Position numbers and translations under genes: made by a program
The notes under the pieces: generated by a model
Told to the model about the DNA's origin: nothing
What the model saw: only the letters and a program-made list of their open reading frames with translations
Databases searched by the model: none
Source of the DNA: Candidatus Latescibacterota bacterium
GTDB lineage: Bacteria > Latescibacterota > UBA2968 > UBA8231
DNA: 64,000 nt
Direction of reading: 5' to 3'
NCBI GenBank assembly: GCA_965223905.1
Contig: CBDCXV010000001.1
Coordinates: 1,600,001 to 1,664,000 of the forward strand
Shown: one piece after another, positions 49,226 to 60,399 of the stretch
How positions within the stretch are numbered: position 1 is the stretch's first letter
Layout: every line of letters starts with the position of its first letter

Positions 49226-50257
49226 ATGCATGAGACGGAGACCGAAACTTTGAAGTCTGCCCGGTGGGAATTTGGTTTTTTGTCAGAATCTATTTCCGCC
49301 AACTTCGACGGTTGGCGGATAGAACCCCTTGATGATTTCGCAGGAATTCTGGAAGAGTGGAACAAGCGGTCTGATCCCAAAGGTTGGGTTCTTCCCCCAA
49401 TCATCGAGCAGGTCAAGGTCAAACGAACTCCGGAGGGGGAAGAAGTCGAGGATGTCGTACCCAATACACGTAGTTCGGCAAACTTATGGCGTATGCCTGG
49501 GAGTCATTCTCTCATATATGAGGGTAGGGAACCACCCGCTCAGGAATCCACCAAACCTGGAGCACCTTACTTTATCGTGCAGTTTTTGGGAGCGATCAAT
49601 GGCTGTGAACTTCAGCTCTCTAACTGGTGGGTAAGTGGGAAAAAACGCCTGAAGCCACGAGGCTTCCTTCATCCCGTGGACGATGCCCTCAACCACTGCC
49701 TGTCCATGGCTTATGCCTGGTACGATGCACAGGACGATCATATTACGGGGAGCGGTAAATAGGTGACATAGATGGCACCATTTCCCCTTCGAGAGTGTTG
49801 TAAACTTTCAATTACTCCCCGTAGTAGTAGAAGAGTAATCAGCAGTAGCCTATTCATACATTCTCACAGCGAGTCTTACGAATTCTCATGGGAACGCTTC
49901 CTGTGGCAACACACCGCCTTCGAGGGGTGTTTCCACTTGGCGAAGAAGGTGCATGGGATGGAAGCCGGTGGCCGAAGGAACCGTTTTCAGGTTTTTTCCG
50001 AACACTTCGGCCTGCGACCCGACGCAGAGCAGTTCAAGACGTTTAGCCACATCAGGAATGAGCTCGTTCACGAAGTGATGTGGGGAGATCAGGTGCCAGG
50101 ATTTGGTGGCGAGGGTCAGCCTTGGAACCAAACCATCTACTTGGCCAACTTCACAACTCTTGCTCTTTTAGCCGTGATGAATGTAAAGACACCAAGTCTT
50201 CAAATGAATTGGAATACACGCTCTCGCATAGTCCTTGGACCTCCGAACAGCAGATAG
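49226..50257 (+). pseudogene. Low-GC HEPN-like (RxxxxH) protein interrupted by a 78-bp insert
   Basis: The two ORFs share a frame; C-terminal IRNELVHE; deleting the insert gives DDHI-SSRRVISS in frame. Confidence 0.55.
49744..49823. mobile_element. MITE-like insert with TACGGGGAG...CTCCCCGTA ends (TA duplication)
   Basis: 9-bp terminal inverted repeat; precise removal of 78 bp restores the ORF. Confidence 0.65.
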
Positions 50258-50493
50258 AGAGGTGGAGCTATTTTTGGACAGTCGAACAGCAGTGTCACGG
50301 TGGATTCATTGGTATCTGGTCCCCTGTCCTTCTTGTTGGGGCGTTCCTCCCTGAGATCTGCACCCTGCGGGATACCGGTTTCCTGCCTCGACACCGGTAT
50401 GGTCCACTTTCCTTTACCGGCTGGTGACCGAGTAGAGCGTTCAGACCCGTAAGCTCACCCTGCTGCGGTGACTTGGTGCGACTGCCGTTTCCC

Positions 50494-51551
50494 CTACTCC
50501 AGGTCCAGCTCCACCTTCTCGATGCAGATCCCTTCGCCGCCTTCCTCGAGTTTCACCGTCAGCAGGTTCTCCCCGCTCGCCAGCGCCACGCCGGCAACCG
50601 GGTACACCAGCCAGCCCTCGTCGACCGCGGCCAGGCGCAGGCGGATGTTGTTGAAGCGGACCTCCAGCCGCTCGGCGGTCGACCTCGACATGGGAACGGT
50701 GTACAGGCCGTCCCCCCAGACGTAGGGATTGCGCCGGATCAGCCCGCTGCCGATCCGCTCTTCCTCCGGTCCGTCCTCGGCCTCGTCCGATGCCAGCAGG
50801 CGCAGCCGCGCCTCGCAGCTTCCCAGACTCTGCTCCGGTTCCCCGACGTACAGCTTGAAGTAGGTGACCCCCTTGCCGTGACGCCCCAGCCGCGCCGGCA
50901 GCGGAGCCAGGGCATTGGCATTCTGGAACGCGTGGATGACTGTGATCCCCTCTTCGGGATAGCCGAACTCCCACGGGGCTCCGCCGGAGCGCCGCTGTAG
51001 CGCGAAGGTCTTTTTCTTTCCAGACAGCTTCTCCGGATCGTCCGCCTCCGACAGAAATGTCCGGTTCGTGTCCCAGTCTTGAAGATGGCAGGGGCTCACC
51101 GGCTTCCGCCGCAGTCCGGCCTCTTCCACGGCGCGCTCGTCCGAGCACCGGAAGTTGAACACGGCGATGCCGTCCGCCCCCTGGTGCCACCACTTCGAGG
51201 CCAGTCCGCGCACAGGACGGGCAGCGGCGTGCATTTGTACCGTCCCTCGAGCCCGCGCTGACGCGACAGGGACACCACCTGCGGCAGGAAGTCGTTGCCG
51301 GCGTCGAGCCACTCCTTCAGACCGGGGGAGTGGGGCAGGAACCTGCTCGGGTAGCAGGCCATGGCCCCGTCGACGTCCCACAGCACCGAGTCGAACCGGA
51401 ACTCCTCCCAGCGCGTGAAGTCGAGGACCACCTCGGCGTACTCCTGCGGCGACAGCAGCGAGGGCCGGTAGCCGAAGAATCCAGGGTCGTTGTGGTTCAG
51501 CAGCCGGCGCGGGCGCGCCACGCAGTCCTCGTGCTCTTTTTCCAGGTTCAC
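50494..51551 (-). pseudogene. Hypothetical TIM-barrel/glycoside-hydrolase-like protein with frameshift or internal deletion
   Basis: N-part RPRRLLNHND...DSVLWD in one frame; C-part RGLASKWWHQGADGIAVFNF in another. Confidence 0.55.
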
Positions 51552-51927
51552 TCTTCCATCAGGTCCTTGTCTGCGGCGGTTACCGTCCTGCCCGGCGATC
51601 CTCCGGGGGTTCTCCCGATCATCCGGAATCTCCAGGTTCCCACTGGGTCCGCCTGGACATCCCCTCTTTCTGTTCCGTCTACAGTGAAATCATTCGGCCG
51701 ATTGCACAATCCCTTTCACCAGCGCAGGCCAGCTATAGGAAGACCAGGCAGATCGAGGCGGATTGTTTCGAACATGGCAAGTGCGCGCCGCCACATGGGA
51801 TTTGTACATTGAACGGCAGAATGCAGATCCTCAGCCACCTGTCTCCATGCATGTACCTGGCGTGCGTGAAGCTGTCGACCGACCTGGATGGACCAACCCG
51901 AAGCCTGTTGAGCCGGGTGAGTTCGGT

Positions 51928-52545
51928 GTGACTACGCCAACGGTCGAGGACAGCAGGACCCGGGGACGGAGAATCCTCCTCGTTGCCGGCCTTTCCATCG
52001 CCGCAGCATTGGCCCTGGTGGTCTGGAGAACCGGCTCCCGCGGCTCCGCCCTCGACCTCGACGGGCAGAGTCTGGACCCTCTCGCCGTGAGCCGCGGGAA
52101 GGGAACCGTCCTGATCTTCACCCGTTCCGACTGTCCCATATCGAATCGCTACGCCCCCGAGGTGCAACGTCTGGCGGATCGCTTCGCGCCGCTGGGAATC
52201 GCGTTCTGGCTTGTCTACGTCGATCCGGATGAAGAACCGCCGGCGATACGGCGACACCTCGAGGAGTTCGGCTACGGCCTCCCGGCGCTGCGCGACACCG
52301 AACACCGGCTCGTGCGCCTGGCCGGCGCCAAGGTAACGCCCGAGGCTGCGGTGTACGCTTCGGGGCGGGAGCTGGTATATGGGGGCCGCATCGACAACCG
52401 CTATTTCGACTATGACCGCAAGCGCCTGACCCCCACGAAACGGGATCTCGAGGAAGCTCTTGAAGCCCTGCTCGCCGGACGGGAGCCCGAAGTGAAGAGG
52501 TCGCCTGCCGTAGGCTGCTACATCGCCGATCTGATCGATGAGTAG
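51928..52545 (+). CDS. Membrane-anchored redoxin (AhpC/TSA-like)
   Basis: TM segment, DCPISNRY, GAKVTPEA, YGGRIDN, AVGCYI; start approximate. Confidence 0.8.
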   Translation: MTTPTVEDSRTRGRRILLVAGLSIAAALALVVWRTGSRGSALDLDGQSLDPLAVSRGKGTVLIFTRSDCPISNRYAPEVQRLADRFAPLGIAFWLVYVDPDEEPPAIRRHLEEFGYGLPALRDTEHRLVRLAGAKVTPEAAVYASGRELVYGGRIDNRYFDYDRKRLTPTKRDLEEALEALLAGREPEVKRSPAVGCYIADLIDE

Positions 52546-52739
52546 ACTGGCTTCCTCGCCTTGACGGCCTGCGCAGGGCCAGGTCCGGGGTGCGGCCCCA
52601 TTGCACCTGCTGTCCCTCGACGTCAGAAAGAGGGCGAGCTCCCGTCCCTCCCAGTCGGGATTGCCACGCCCCGTCGACATCTCAACCTACCGCGGATTCC
52701 CGCCTTTTTTCGATACAGTCACAACTACGGAAGGAAAGC

Positions 52740-53816
52740 ATGAAAATCACCAGGATCGAACGGATCGATATCGACATGCCCTACCAGGAGCAGGTCGTCG
52801 AGCACCTGCGCAAGGGCTGGGGCCTCGGCAACAGGGCAACGGACGAGGAGTTCGCGGAGGAGAGGGAGCGCTTCGAACGGGAGTTCCGCGGCAGCGTGCC
52901 GCCGCGGGTGCGATCCGCCCTGTACCTGGTCCACACCGACGAGGGCCTGACCGGACTCGGGGAAGGTGCAGCCCTGGGCGGCGATCAGCTCGCCGGGTAC
53001 GAGGGGCGCTCCCCTTTCGAGTATATCAACGACGACGGCCCCGGACCGTTGCAGATCGCCTTCTACGACCTCATGGGGCAGGCGGTCGGGCTGCCCCTCG
53101 CCCGTCTCCTGGGACCGGCTCGCGACACCGCGCCGCTGGCCTGGTGGTCGCACTCTTTCCCCCCCGACGTGTTGCAGGCGGAGGCTGTGCGCGCCCTGGC
53201 CTGCGGCTACCGCGTGCACAAGTTCAAGCGCCGCGCCCACACCGACGTCGTCGAGCAGGTCGCCGCCATCGCCGAGGTGGCCCCCGCCGACTACGAAATC
53301 ACCGTCGACGCCAACCAGACCTTCGGCACTCGCGAGCGAGCTCTCGACATCGGGGGCCGGCTGCGGCGCTTCCCCCAGGTTCACTGCCTCGAGTCGCCGA
53401 TCGACCAGGGGGATATGGACGGGTACCGCCTCCTCAAGGACCTGGGGTTCAAGCTCGCCCACCACATGGGCTCCCCCGAGGCGATCGAGGCCCTGTATTC
53501 CGGGGCCTACGACTACTTCATCATCGGCGCCCGGATCGCCGCGACGCTGCGCGACGCCCACATCTGCGGCGCCCGCGACAAGCCGTTCTGGATGCAGCTC
53601 GGCGCCGACGGAACCGGGGTCTCGACGCTGTTCATGCTGCACCTGGCCGCGGCGATCCCCAACGCCGTTCTCGGGCACGTGTCGATGCAGCACCTGCACG
53701 AAGCGTCCATTCTGAACGAAGAGATCGTCGTCAGGGCTGGACAAGTGACGATTCCCACCAGCCCGGGGCTGGGCGCAACTCTCGACATGGAGGTCGTCGA
53801 GCGCTACCGGGTGTGA
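52740..53816 (+). CDS. Mandelate racemase/muconate-lactonizing (enolase superfamily) enzyme
   Basis: VHTDEGLTGLGE, YDLMGQ, HKFK, VDANQ, LESP, PGLG. Confidence 0.85.
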   Translation: MKITRIERIDIDMPYQEQVVEHLRKGWGLGNRATDEEFAEERERFEREFRGSVPPRVRSALYLVHTDEGLTGLGEGAALGGDQLAGYEGRSPFEYINDDGPGPLQIAFYDLMGQAVGLPLARLLGPARDTAPLAWWSHSFPPDVLQAEAVRALACGYRVHKFKRRAHTDVVEQVAAIAEVAPADYEITVDANQTFGTRERALDIGGRLRRFPQVHCLESPIDQGDMDGYRLLKDLGFKLAHHMGSPEAIEALYSGAYDYFIIGARIAATLRDAHICGARDKPFWMQLGADGTGVSTLFMLHLAAAIPNAVLGHVSMQHLHEASILNEEIVVRAGQVTIPTSPGLGATLDMEVVERYRV

Positions 53817-53954
53817 TCCGCGGTGCAGCCGGATTTGCAGGGCCGGAAATCCCGGATCGCACCTGGGGGGCCCCGTCCGGATTCAAACCATGTCCGCACG
53901 GGAGGAAGTGCTTCCCACGGCGGAGGAACGTCTCGAAGATGCCGGAGGGAAACG

Positions 53955-54321
53955 ATGAAACACACCGCAGTCCTGCGAGAGGAGGGCCGCTACAACGCCT
54001 TCCCGGTCCTGCACCAGCTCGCCGACGGGCGCATTGCCATCGGCTGCGTCTCCTCTCCCGTTGGGGATCCATGGCGATGGGGGACTGGCCGGTTTTCGTC
54101 TCGGCGGGCAACGGCGGGGGCTGGAGCCGCTCGGACGACCCGGCGCTGCCGCCCAACTTGCCCGGCAGCAGCCCCCGCGAGCAGTACGACCGCCTCTGCG
54201 GGGTCCTTTCCGACGGCACCTGGATGGCGGTAGGCTCGGTCGGGTACGAGTGCCGGGACCCGTCCCGCCGGGCGGAGGCCGAGGCCCGGGGGCTGCGGAT
54301 CATCGAGGAGTTCCGCCGCGG
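53955..54321 (+). pseudogene. Truncated, frameshifted sialidase-like N-terminus
   Basis: GGAGG RBS, MKHTAVLREEGRYNAFP..LADGRI; ends against the convergent gene. Confidence 0.5.
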
Positions 54322-55605
54322 TCAGTCCAGGTCCCGCAGGTACTCGTCCGGCCTGGCCGAGTCGGGCGGCCAGTACCCGTCCCGGGACTGGTGCCAGCGC
54401 TTGCCGCACATCTCCGTGATGATCGTCCACTCGCTCGGCCCCGGATCGGGGTCCGGGTGGAACAGGAAGCGGGTCCCTCCCGCAGCCCGGGTCGCCCTCA
54501 GTATGCCGTCGAGGTCGCGGGCCGGCATGGCGTCGCCGGCGTGGGGAGAGCGGCCGGTGGAAACCCAGAAAACGGTCTTGTCGGCGTCGCCGATCGCCTC
54601 GAGGGCGCGCCTCGTCTCGTGGTGGACGAACTCGGTGAAGAACTCTTCGGGAAACCCCATCTCCAGGTCGATCAGGGAACCGACGCCAGGCAGCTCGATG
54701 CCGAAGAGGGATTTCATCAGCAGGAAGGCGTCGTTCTCGCTCAGCGACGGATTCCATTCGACGAACTTCTGCACCCAGCGCTGCACCGTGCCGTAGAGGC
54801 CGTCGAAGCCGCGGTGCCAGTAGTAGTGCTTGGGGAAGATGTAGTCGAACCAGGGCCCCATCTGCTGGTAGTTCTGGCCGGTCAGCGAGGACCAGCTGGT
54901 GATGCGGGGAATGCCGCCCAGCTCGACGTAGCGGTCGACCTTGTCGAGGGTTTCGCGGGCCTGCTTCCAGGAGGCCAGGGATGTCGCCTGCCGCGCGCGC
55001 AGCCAGTAGAGCCCGTCCTCGTCGATGTCGAACAGGATCAGGCCGGCGAAGGTGCCGCCGTCGGCGTGGTAGCGCACCATGTCGGGAGTGAGGCTGTGAC
55101 AGCGGTCCCGCAGGTGGGCGATGCCGCGCTCGAGCCGGTCGACGTCGAACCCCAGGCCGGAGAACTGCCCGCGCTCGCCGTCGCGGATCTCGAAGAGCTC
55201 GCCGCCGTGATGCCAGGCGAGCTCGTAGTGATTCTCGCCGGGGCCGTCGACGATGACGCCCTGCACCTGGGGGTAGCGGTTGACGAGGCTCTGCACGTGC
55301 GCGGTGGTGCCGCTGTCGAAGACCATGACGTGCCAGCCGCGGGCGCGCGCGTCGTCGAGCATGTCGCTGAGCCCCTTCTCCTTCTCCGGGTCGCGCGGCG
55401 CCGGCTCCGGGGGGTCCAGTCCGAGGGCTGCGTAGGCCTGCGGGTCCTGCGGGAAGGCGGGAACGGTGGTGCCGTCCTCCTGCATGAAGAACATGCGGCC
55501 GACGACGATGCCGCGGACGCCCCCCTCCTCCCAGGCGTCGAAGATCTGCCTGTAGTCGCTCATGTAGCGTTCGAGCGGGTTGAAGACGAAGATCCAGCAT
55601 TTCAT
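54322..55605 (-). CDS. Conserved hypothetical protein (probable TIM barrel)
   Basis: High GC3 427-aa frame from MKCWIF. Confidence 0.7.
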   Translation of the reverse strand: MKCWIFVFNPLERYMSDYRQIFDAWEEGGVRGIVVGRMFFMQEDGTTVPAFPQDPQAYAALGLDPPEPAPRDPEKEKGLSDMLDDARARGWHVMVFDSGTTAHVQSLVNRYPQVQGVIVDGPGENHYELAWHHGGELFEIRDGERGQFSGLGFDVDRLERGIAHLRDRCHSLTPDMVRYHADGGTFAGLILFDIDEDGLYWLRARQATSLASWKQARETLDKVDRYVELGGIPRITSWSSLTGQNYQQMGPWFDYIFPKHYYWHRGFDGLYGTVQRWVQKFVEWNPSLSENDAFLLMKSLFGIELPGVGSLIDLEMGFPEEFFTEFVHHETRRALEAIGDADKTVFWVSTGRSPHAGDAMPARDLDGILRATRAAGGTRFLFHPDPDPGPSEWTIITEMCGKRWHQSRDGYWPPDSARPDEYLRDLD

Positions 55606-55689
55606 TCCGGGATTTCCGAGGTTCCCTGGAGCATCCATTGCCTCACCTTCCTTCGATTTCGCCACGGAGATTGGCGCCGTACTCCTCGA

Positions 55690-55890
55690 CGTCCTCGCGC
55701 CAGGTGTCGGCAGTCGAGGATCTCCCGCAGCTTCTCCTCCTTGTCCGGCTCCCGCGGTTCGGGCGGGGGAGGTTCGACGCCGAACGCCTCAAATACCTTG
55801 GGGTCGGGCGCGAAGGCGCGAAGGCGCGAACGAAAGATCCGTCCTCCTGCTCGAACCCGCAGGCGGAGGTTGCGACGAATGCGCCCCACA
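55690..55890 (-). pseudogene. Remnant of a paralog of the N-terminal region of 54322..55605
   Basis: AFAPDPKVFEAFGVEPPPPEPREPDKEEKLREILD vs AFPQDPQAYAALGLDPPEPAPRDPEKEKGLSDMLD. Confidence 0.65.
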
Positions 55891-55894
55891 GGCC

Positions 55895-56758
55895 TCACCA
55901 CTCGACGTCCATCATGTCGCGCCCCCAGAAGAGCGGACCGGTAAAGACGCTTTGCACCTCGGCTATCGCCCGGGTGGTCTCCTCGGGCGGCTCGAGGGTG
56001 ATTGACTGGTGGTTGATCACCAGCCGCCTGGCCCCGGCTTCAGCGGCCATGCGCCCTGCGCTCAGGGTGCCGGTCTCGGAGACCGCGCTGGGATAGGTGC
56101 GGATCTTCTCCTCCCGGTGCACCGCCTCCATCACGAACAGGTCGGCGTCGCGCGCCAGCTCCACGACCGCATCGGCAGGCGCGGTGTCGCCGCTGAAGGC
56201 GACGATCCCCTCATCGGTTTCGAAGCGGAACCCGTAACACTCGATGTAGGGCTGCGCGTGCACGACCTGGCGGGCGTGGCAGGTCCAGCCCTCTCCTTCC
56301 GCTACCTTGCCCTCGCCGTATTCCCCGACCTCGATTACGGGAGCCGGCCGCTCCCCGGCGCCGCCGCGCATGTGAAAGGCGTGGACGCTCATCGGGTGGT
56401 TGGTGCGCGCGATGACGTCGTACCAGAACACGCCCCTCTCCTCGCTCCAGATCGCCGAGGTGACCTCCCGGATCGGCGGCGGACCGTGGACGCGCAGATC
56501 CGGCTCCGTGCCGACGCACTGGTCGAAGCGCGTCATCAGGAAGCAGAGGTAGTCGGAAACGTGGTCGGAGTGCAGGTGGGTGAAGAAGAGATCGTTTACG
56601 GATGTACAGGGGATTCCCATCCTGTACATCTTGTAGGTCGAGGCGGGGCCGCAGTCGATCATCAGGCGCTGGCCGCAGATCTCGAGGACGAAGCAGGTCC
56701 CCCAGCGGTCGGGGGTCCAGGTCGGAGTTCCCGCTCCGACGATTCTCAGTTTCGGCAT
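55895..56758 (-). CDS. MBL-fold metallohydrolase (RNase Z/arylsulfatase-like)
   Basis: GAGTP, IDCG, THLHSDH, FSGDT, LVINH. Confidence 0.88.
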   Translation of the reverse strand: MPKLRIVGAGTPTWTPDRWGTCFVLEICGQRLMIDCGPASTYKMYRMGIPCTSVNDLFFTHLHSDHVSDYLCFLMTRFDQCVGTEPDLRVHGPPPIREVTSAIWSEERGVFWYDVIARTNHPMSVHAFHMRGGAGERPAPVIEVGEYGEGKVAEGEGWTCHARQVVHAQPYIECYGFRFETDEGIVAFSGDTAPADAVVELARDADLFVMEAVHREEKIRTYPSAVSETGTLSAGRMAAEAGARRLVINHQSITLEPPEETTRAIAEVQSVFTGPLFWGRDMMDVEW

Positions 56759-56995
56759 TTCCTAACTCCTTGGGAGACAGACTCTCTTGCATGTGGGGAG
56801 ACGGTCCAAGCCAGGCGCGGGGGGCCCTCCGGTCCGCCGGCGGGATTGCTCACGTGCATTCTGCGAAGAGGGTCGATGCGAACGACGGCCGCGCAGCTTC
56901 GGCGGAAGGTCGGCGCAGGTCACGGCCTTCGGTGAAGGAACTCCCCCCCGGTTCGGGGCGGACCTCGTACTATCGGTTCGAACCCCGCGGCGCTG

Positions 56996-57907
56996 CTACG
57001 GTACGTACGGCTGGCCGGTGCGGCGCAGTTCCTTGGTCACCGCTATCTGGCAGGTCAGGTAGCCGCCCATGTACCCGGTGGCGAACCCCGGGCGCGCGTC
57101 CCCGATGGTGCCGACGATGAGATTGGCGTGCTCGACGGAAATCGCGTAGCGGTCGACGAGCAGGGCCACCATCTCCCGCCACGCCGCTTTCAGCGCCTCT
57201 CCCCAGTCGTCCGCCCGCGACCCGGTCAGCCATTCCTCCGGGGCCTCGACCACCCCGGTGGTCTCTACCACCGGACTGCTGCAGGGAAACCCGGGTGAGC
57301 GGTCGACCTTCAGGGTCACCGCGGAGTCGATTTCCACGCCGGCCCCGGTCAGCTCGCCATCCCCCATGCGGGCGTGTACGTCCCCAAGCGACAGCAACCC
57401 CCCCGGCTTCTGGGCGCGGATGTGGACGGTGCTTCCCGGCTGGATGGAGTTGAAGTCCATGTTGCCGCCGTGGTCGATGGCGTTCGGGGCCCAGGATTCC
57501 AGCTGCATGACGCCGATCATCGGCCGCACCGGCACGACGAGGTCCGGCGGAAAGTGGATGAGACCGTCGCGCACCGGGGCGATGCAGCGCCAGTTGCCCC
57601 AGTTGGGGCCGCCGTTGCGGTAGAAGCCGTACGGGGCGCACTTGATGTCGATGATTTCGAGGGCCACCCAGTCGTCGGGACCGATCCCCTCGATGGCGAA
57701 GGGACCACCTCGCCGCGAGTAGCGGGGGTGGGTGGCGGCAGCGGTAATCTGGCCGGCCCTGGTTTCTCCGGCAGCCTCGTAGTCGTGGTCGTTGCCGCCC
57801 ACGGTTTCGATGACCACGGTCTCCCCGAGCTCGAGGGTTCCTCTCAACTGCCCGATTTCAGGGTCGTCCGGCCCGCTGTAGCAGGGTGTTCTGGTAAAGC
57901 GGCGCAT
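56996..57907 (-). CDS. Acetamidase/formamidase family protein
   Basis: GPFAIEG, RPMIGV, HGGNMDF, LSLGDVHARMGDGE. Confidence 0.85.
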   Translation of the reverse strand: MRRFTRTPCYSGPDDPEIGQLRGTLELGETVVIETVGGNDHDYEAAGETRAGQITAAATHPRYSRRGGPFAIEGIGPDDWVALEIIDIKCAPYGFYRNGGPNWGNWRCIAPVRDGLIHFPPDLVVPVRPMIGVMQLESWAPNAIDHGGNMDFNSIQPGSTVHIRAQKPGGLLSLGDVHARMGDGELTGAGVEIDSAVTLKVDRSPGFPCSSPVVETTGVVEAPEEWLTGSRADDWGEALKAAWREMVALLVDRYAISVEHANLIVGTIGDARPGFATGYMGGYLTCQIAVTKELRRTGQPYVP

Positions 57908-58012
57908 ATCGGTCTCCGGTGTCGTAGATTTTCCGGTTGCTTCAGGCGATTGACAGCGGCGAATTCTCCGCAAAGCACAATTCGCGGTCAACCGAAAGAA
58001 AGCGGCCAACAG

Positions 58013-58792
58013 ATGCGCGCGGACCAGATCTCCAGCGGGGTCACGGAAGCGACCATCGTTCCCGGGCGCGGCGGGCTCGTAACCCGGTTCGCGGTCTCCG
58101 GGCGCGAGATCCTCTTTCTCGACCGCGCCAGCTTCGAAGACCGCGGACAGCCTGTCCGCGGCGGCATTCCCGTCCTCTTTCCGTTCGCCGGCCGCCTCGC
58201 CGACAACCTGCTCCTGGCGACGGGAACCTCCCTGGGCCTGCACGGCTTCGCCCGCGATCTCGAGTGGACGGTCACCGGACACGGCGCCGACCGGCACCGG
58301 ATGGAGCTGGTGGCCAGCCCGGAAATACTCGAGACCTACCCGTTCGCGCACCGGTTGACGCAGACCACGTCCGTGGCGGACGGCGAGCTGTCCCTCGCTC
58401 TCGAGATCGAAAACAGGTCCCCGCGGCCGATGCCGGTGGCGCCGGGATGGCACCCCTACTTCCGCTGCCCCCGTGAAAGCAAGGCCGGTGTCCGCTACGG
58501 ACTGGCGGACTTCCCCTGCGAGCAGCTCGGCGACTCCTACGACTTCGGGCTGGAAGCGCCGGCGGCCGGGAGAATCGATTTCGACATCCCGGGTGAGGGC
58601 GGTGTCTCGCTGTCGTTTTCTCCAGGATTCCGCCACCTGCAGTTCTGGACCCTGCCGGATCGCGACTTCATCTGCGTGGAGCCCTGGGACGGTCCTCCTG
58701 GTGTCATCAACAGCGACCGCGGCCGCCTCGTCTCCCCCGGCGGAACGCTGACCTGCCGGATGCGGATTTCTCCGCCAGCCCGGGAGTCCTGA
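58013..58792 (+). CDS. Aldose 1-epimerase family protein
   Basis: VRGGIPVLFP, HGFARD, YPF, GWHPYF, FICVEPW. Confidence 0.88.
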   Translation: MRADQISSGVTEATIVPGRGGLVTRFAVSGREILFLDRASFEDRGQPVRGGIPVLFPFAGRLADNLLLATGTSLGLHGFARDLEWTVTGHGADRHRMELVASPEILETYPFAHRLTQTTSVADGELSLALEIENRSPRPMPVAPGWHPYFRCPRESKAGVRYGLADFPCEQLGDSYDFGLEAPAAGRIDFDIPGEGGVSLSFSPGFRHLQFWTLPDRDFICVEPWDGPPGVINSDRGRLVSPGGTLTCRMRISPPARES

Positions 58793-58797
58793 CCGGA

Positions 58798-59394
58798 ATG
58801 TCGCTTCAGCGCCGGGTCCGCGAGCTGCTCGACAGGCTCGACGCCAGAACCTCCGCGTACGCCCGGCACCTGCCCTCCGGTGCCGGGATCGCGGTGCGCG
58901 CCGACGAGCCCGTCGACACCCTGAGCGTGATCAAGATACCGGTGCTGGTTCTCGCTTTCCGCGACGTGGAAGCCGGGAAGCTCGACCTCGAAGGCCGCCG
59001 CGTCGTCGGCCCGCAGGATCTCCGCAACGGCACCGGGGTCCTGAAGAACTTCGAGCCCGGCCTGCAACCGACCTGGGGCGATCTGCTGACGCAGATGATC
59101 ATCACCAGCGACAACACCGCCACCGATATCGTCGTCGACAGGGTCGGCTTCGAGCGCGTCAACGACCTGCTGGGCAAGCTCGGGTACACCGGGACCCGGC
59201 TTCAGCACACCCTGGCCGGCTACTTCCGCCGCCGCTGGGAGCTCCTCGATCCGGCCAACGCCTCGCTGTCGAACACCGAGGCTTCCGCCCGCGGCAATCT
59301 GTCACTCGCGGTACAAGGGGGGGCTGCCCCCGGGAGCAGGCCCGGTCCGGGAGCTTCAGAGGGGCTGCGTCGGAAAGCGACGGCGATCAGGTAG
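58798..59394 (+). pseudogene. Class A beta-lactamase-like serine hydrolase, C-terminally truncated
   Basis: SVIK, SDNTAT; no KTG motif, only 198 aa. Confidence 0.7.
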
Positions 59395-59410
59395 CCCCCA
59401 TCTTCTCTGC

Positions 59411-60241
59411 TCAGCCTCCCTCGCTCCAGGCCTCGTAGCGCGCCACCGCCAGGTCGTCGAGGCTTTCCTGCCCTCCCGCCGCCACCTCCAGCCTCACGGT
59501 CGTCTCCAGGAGGTCCCCGGGACCGGCGTCGCGGCCGAAGAGGTGGAAGTACTGCGAGTTGTGGAAGCCGTTGTACCCCGAGAGCCCGATGCAGTCCCGG
59601 CGCCTGGCCATCGAGACGACGGAGGGACCGAAACGATGCTGCTGGGTCATCAGCGGCAGCGCGTAGTCCGGTCCCAGCATCCAGTTCTGGGACGGCTTCG
59701 TCATCCAGCGCCCGTCGAGGAAGAGGCGGCGCGCTTCGTCGTCGCGGGGCCACGCCTCGTCGTTGAACTCCCCGCACCAGGCGGTCTCGTACCAGCGCAT
59801 CGGAACGGCCGCATCGACGCTCGCGTCCTTCAGCGCAAAGCGCGGCCTGTGGTAGGGGGTGAAGTAGCTCGACACGAACAGCTCGTAGGCGGCGTAGGGC
59901 TGCAGGACCTCGGCCTGAATCCCCATCTCGACGGCGAGCTGATCCGCGAATACGCGGTAGCGCACGGAAAGGCGGACGTTGTTTTCAGGACACGGGGGCC
60001 AGCGCACCCACGCGTCCCCCTCTTCGACCGACACCTCGGCTTGCCGCTGGCGCACGATATCGATCTGACGGGCATCCGCGGCGGCTCGGTAGATGCTGAG
60101 CCAGGCGAACTCAGGCCCTTCGTCGAGGTGGAAGTGGGTCCCTTTCGACAGGCGGATTCCGTTGCTGCCGAGAACGGTGACCGACCAGTCGCCCATCGGG
60201 GACTGGATCGTTTCAGGTGGCGCGTAGGGGGCAAACGACAT
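59411..60241 (-). CDS. Hypothetical protein
   Basis: 276-aa frame, GGAGG RBS, typical codon bias. Confidence 0.65.
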   Translation of the reverse strand: MSFAPYAPPETIQSPMGDWSVTVLGSNGIRLSKGTHFHLDEGPEFAWLSIYRAAADARQIDIVRQRQAEVSVEEGDAWVRWPPCPENNVRLSVRYRVFADQLAVEMGIQAEVLQPYAAYELFVSSYFTPYHRPRFALKDASVDAAVPMRWYETAWCGEFNDEAWPRDDEARRLFLDGRWMTKPSQNWMLGPDYALPLMTQQHRFGPSVVSMARRRDCIGLSGYNGFHNSQYFHLFGRDAGPGDLLETTVRLEVAAGGQESLDDLAVARYEAWSEGG

Positions 60242-60399
60242 GGGGTTCCTCCGCTTTCAATGCCGGCGGCCCGGGCCGGCTATGGTTACTCAACCTTCTT
60301 CGCAACCTCGACCCATGCAGCGCGCCGTAGGGTAGATCTGCTTGACGGTCGCAGTTTGGGGCCAGGCTCGGCGCGAGGGCAGAAGCTGCCCCGTCACTC

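Noticed and set aside
50258-50493. Expected copy of the HpcH gene tail after the HEPN cassette
   Set aside because: No similarity to 49040-49101 found; this cassette does not show the tail-duplication pattern
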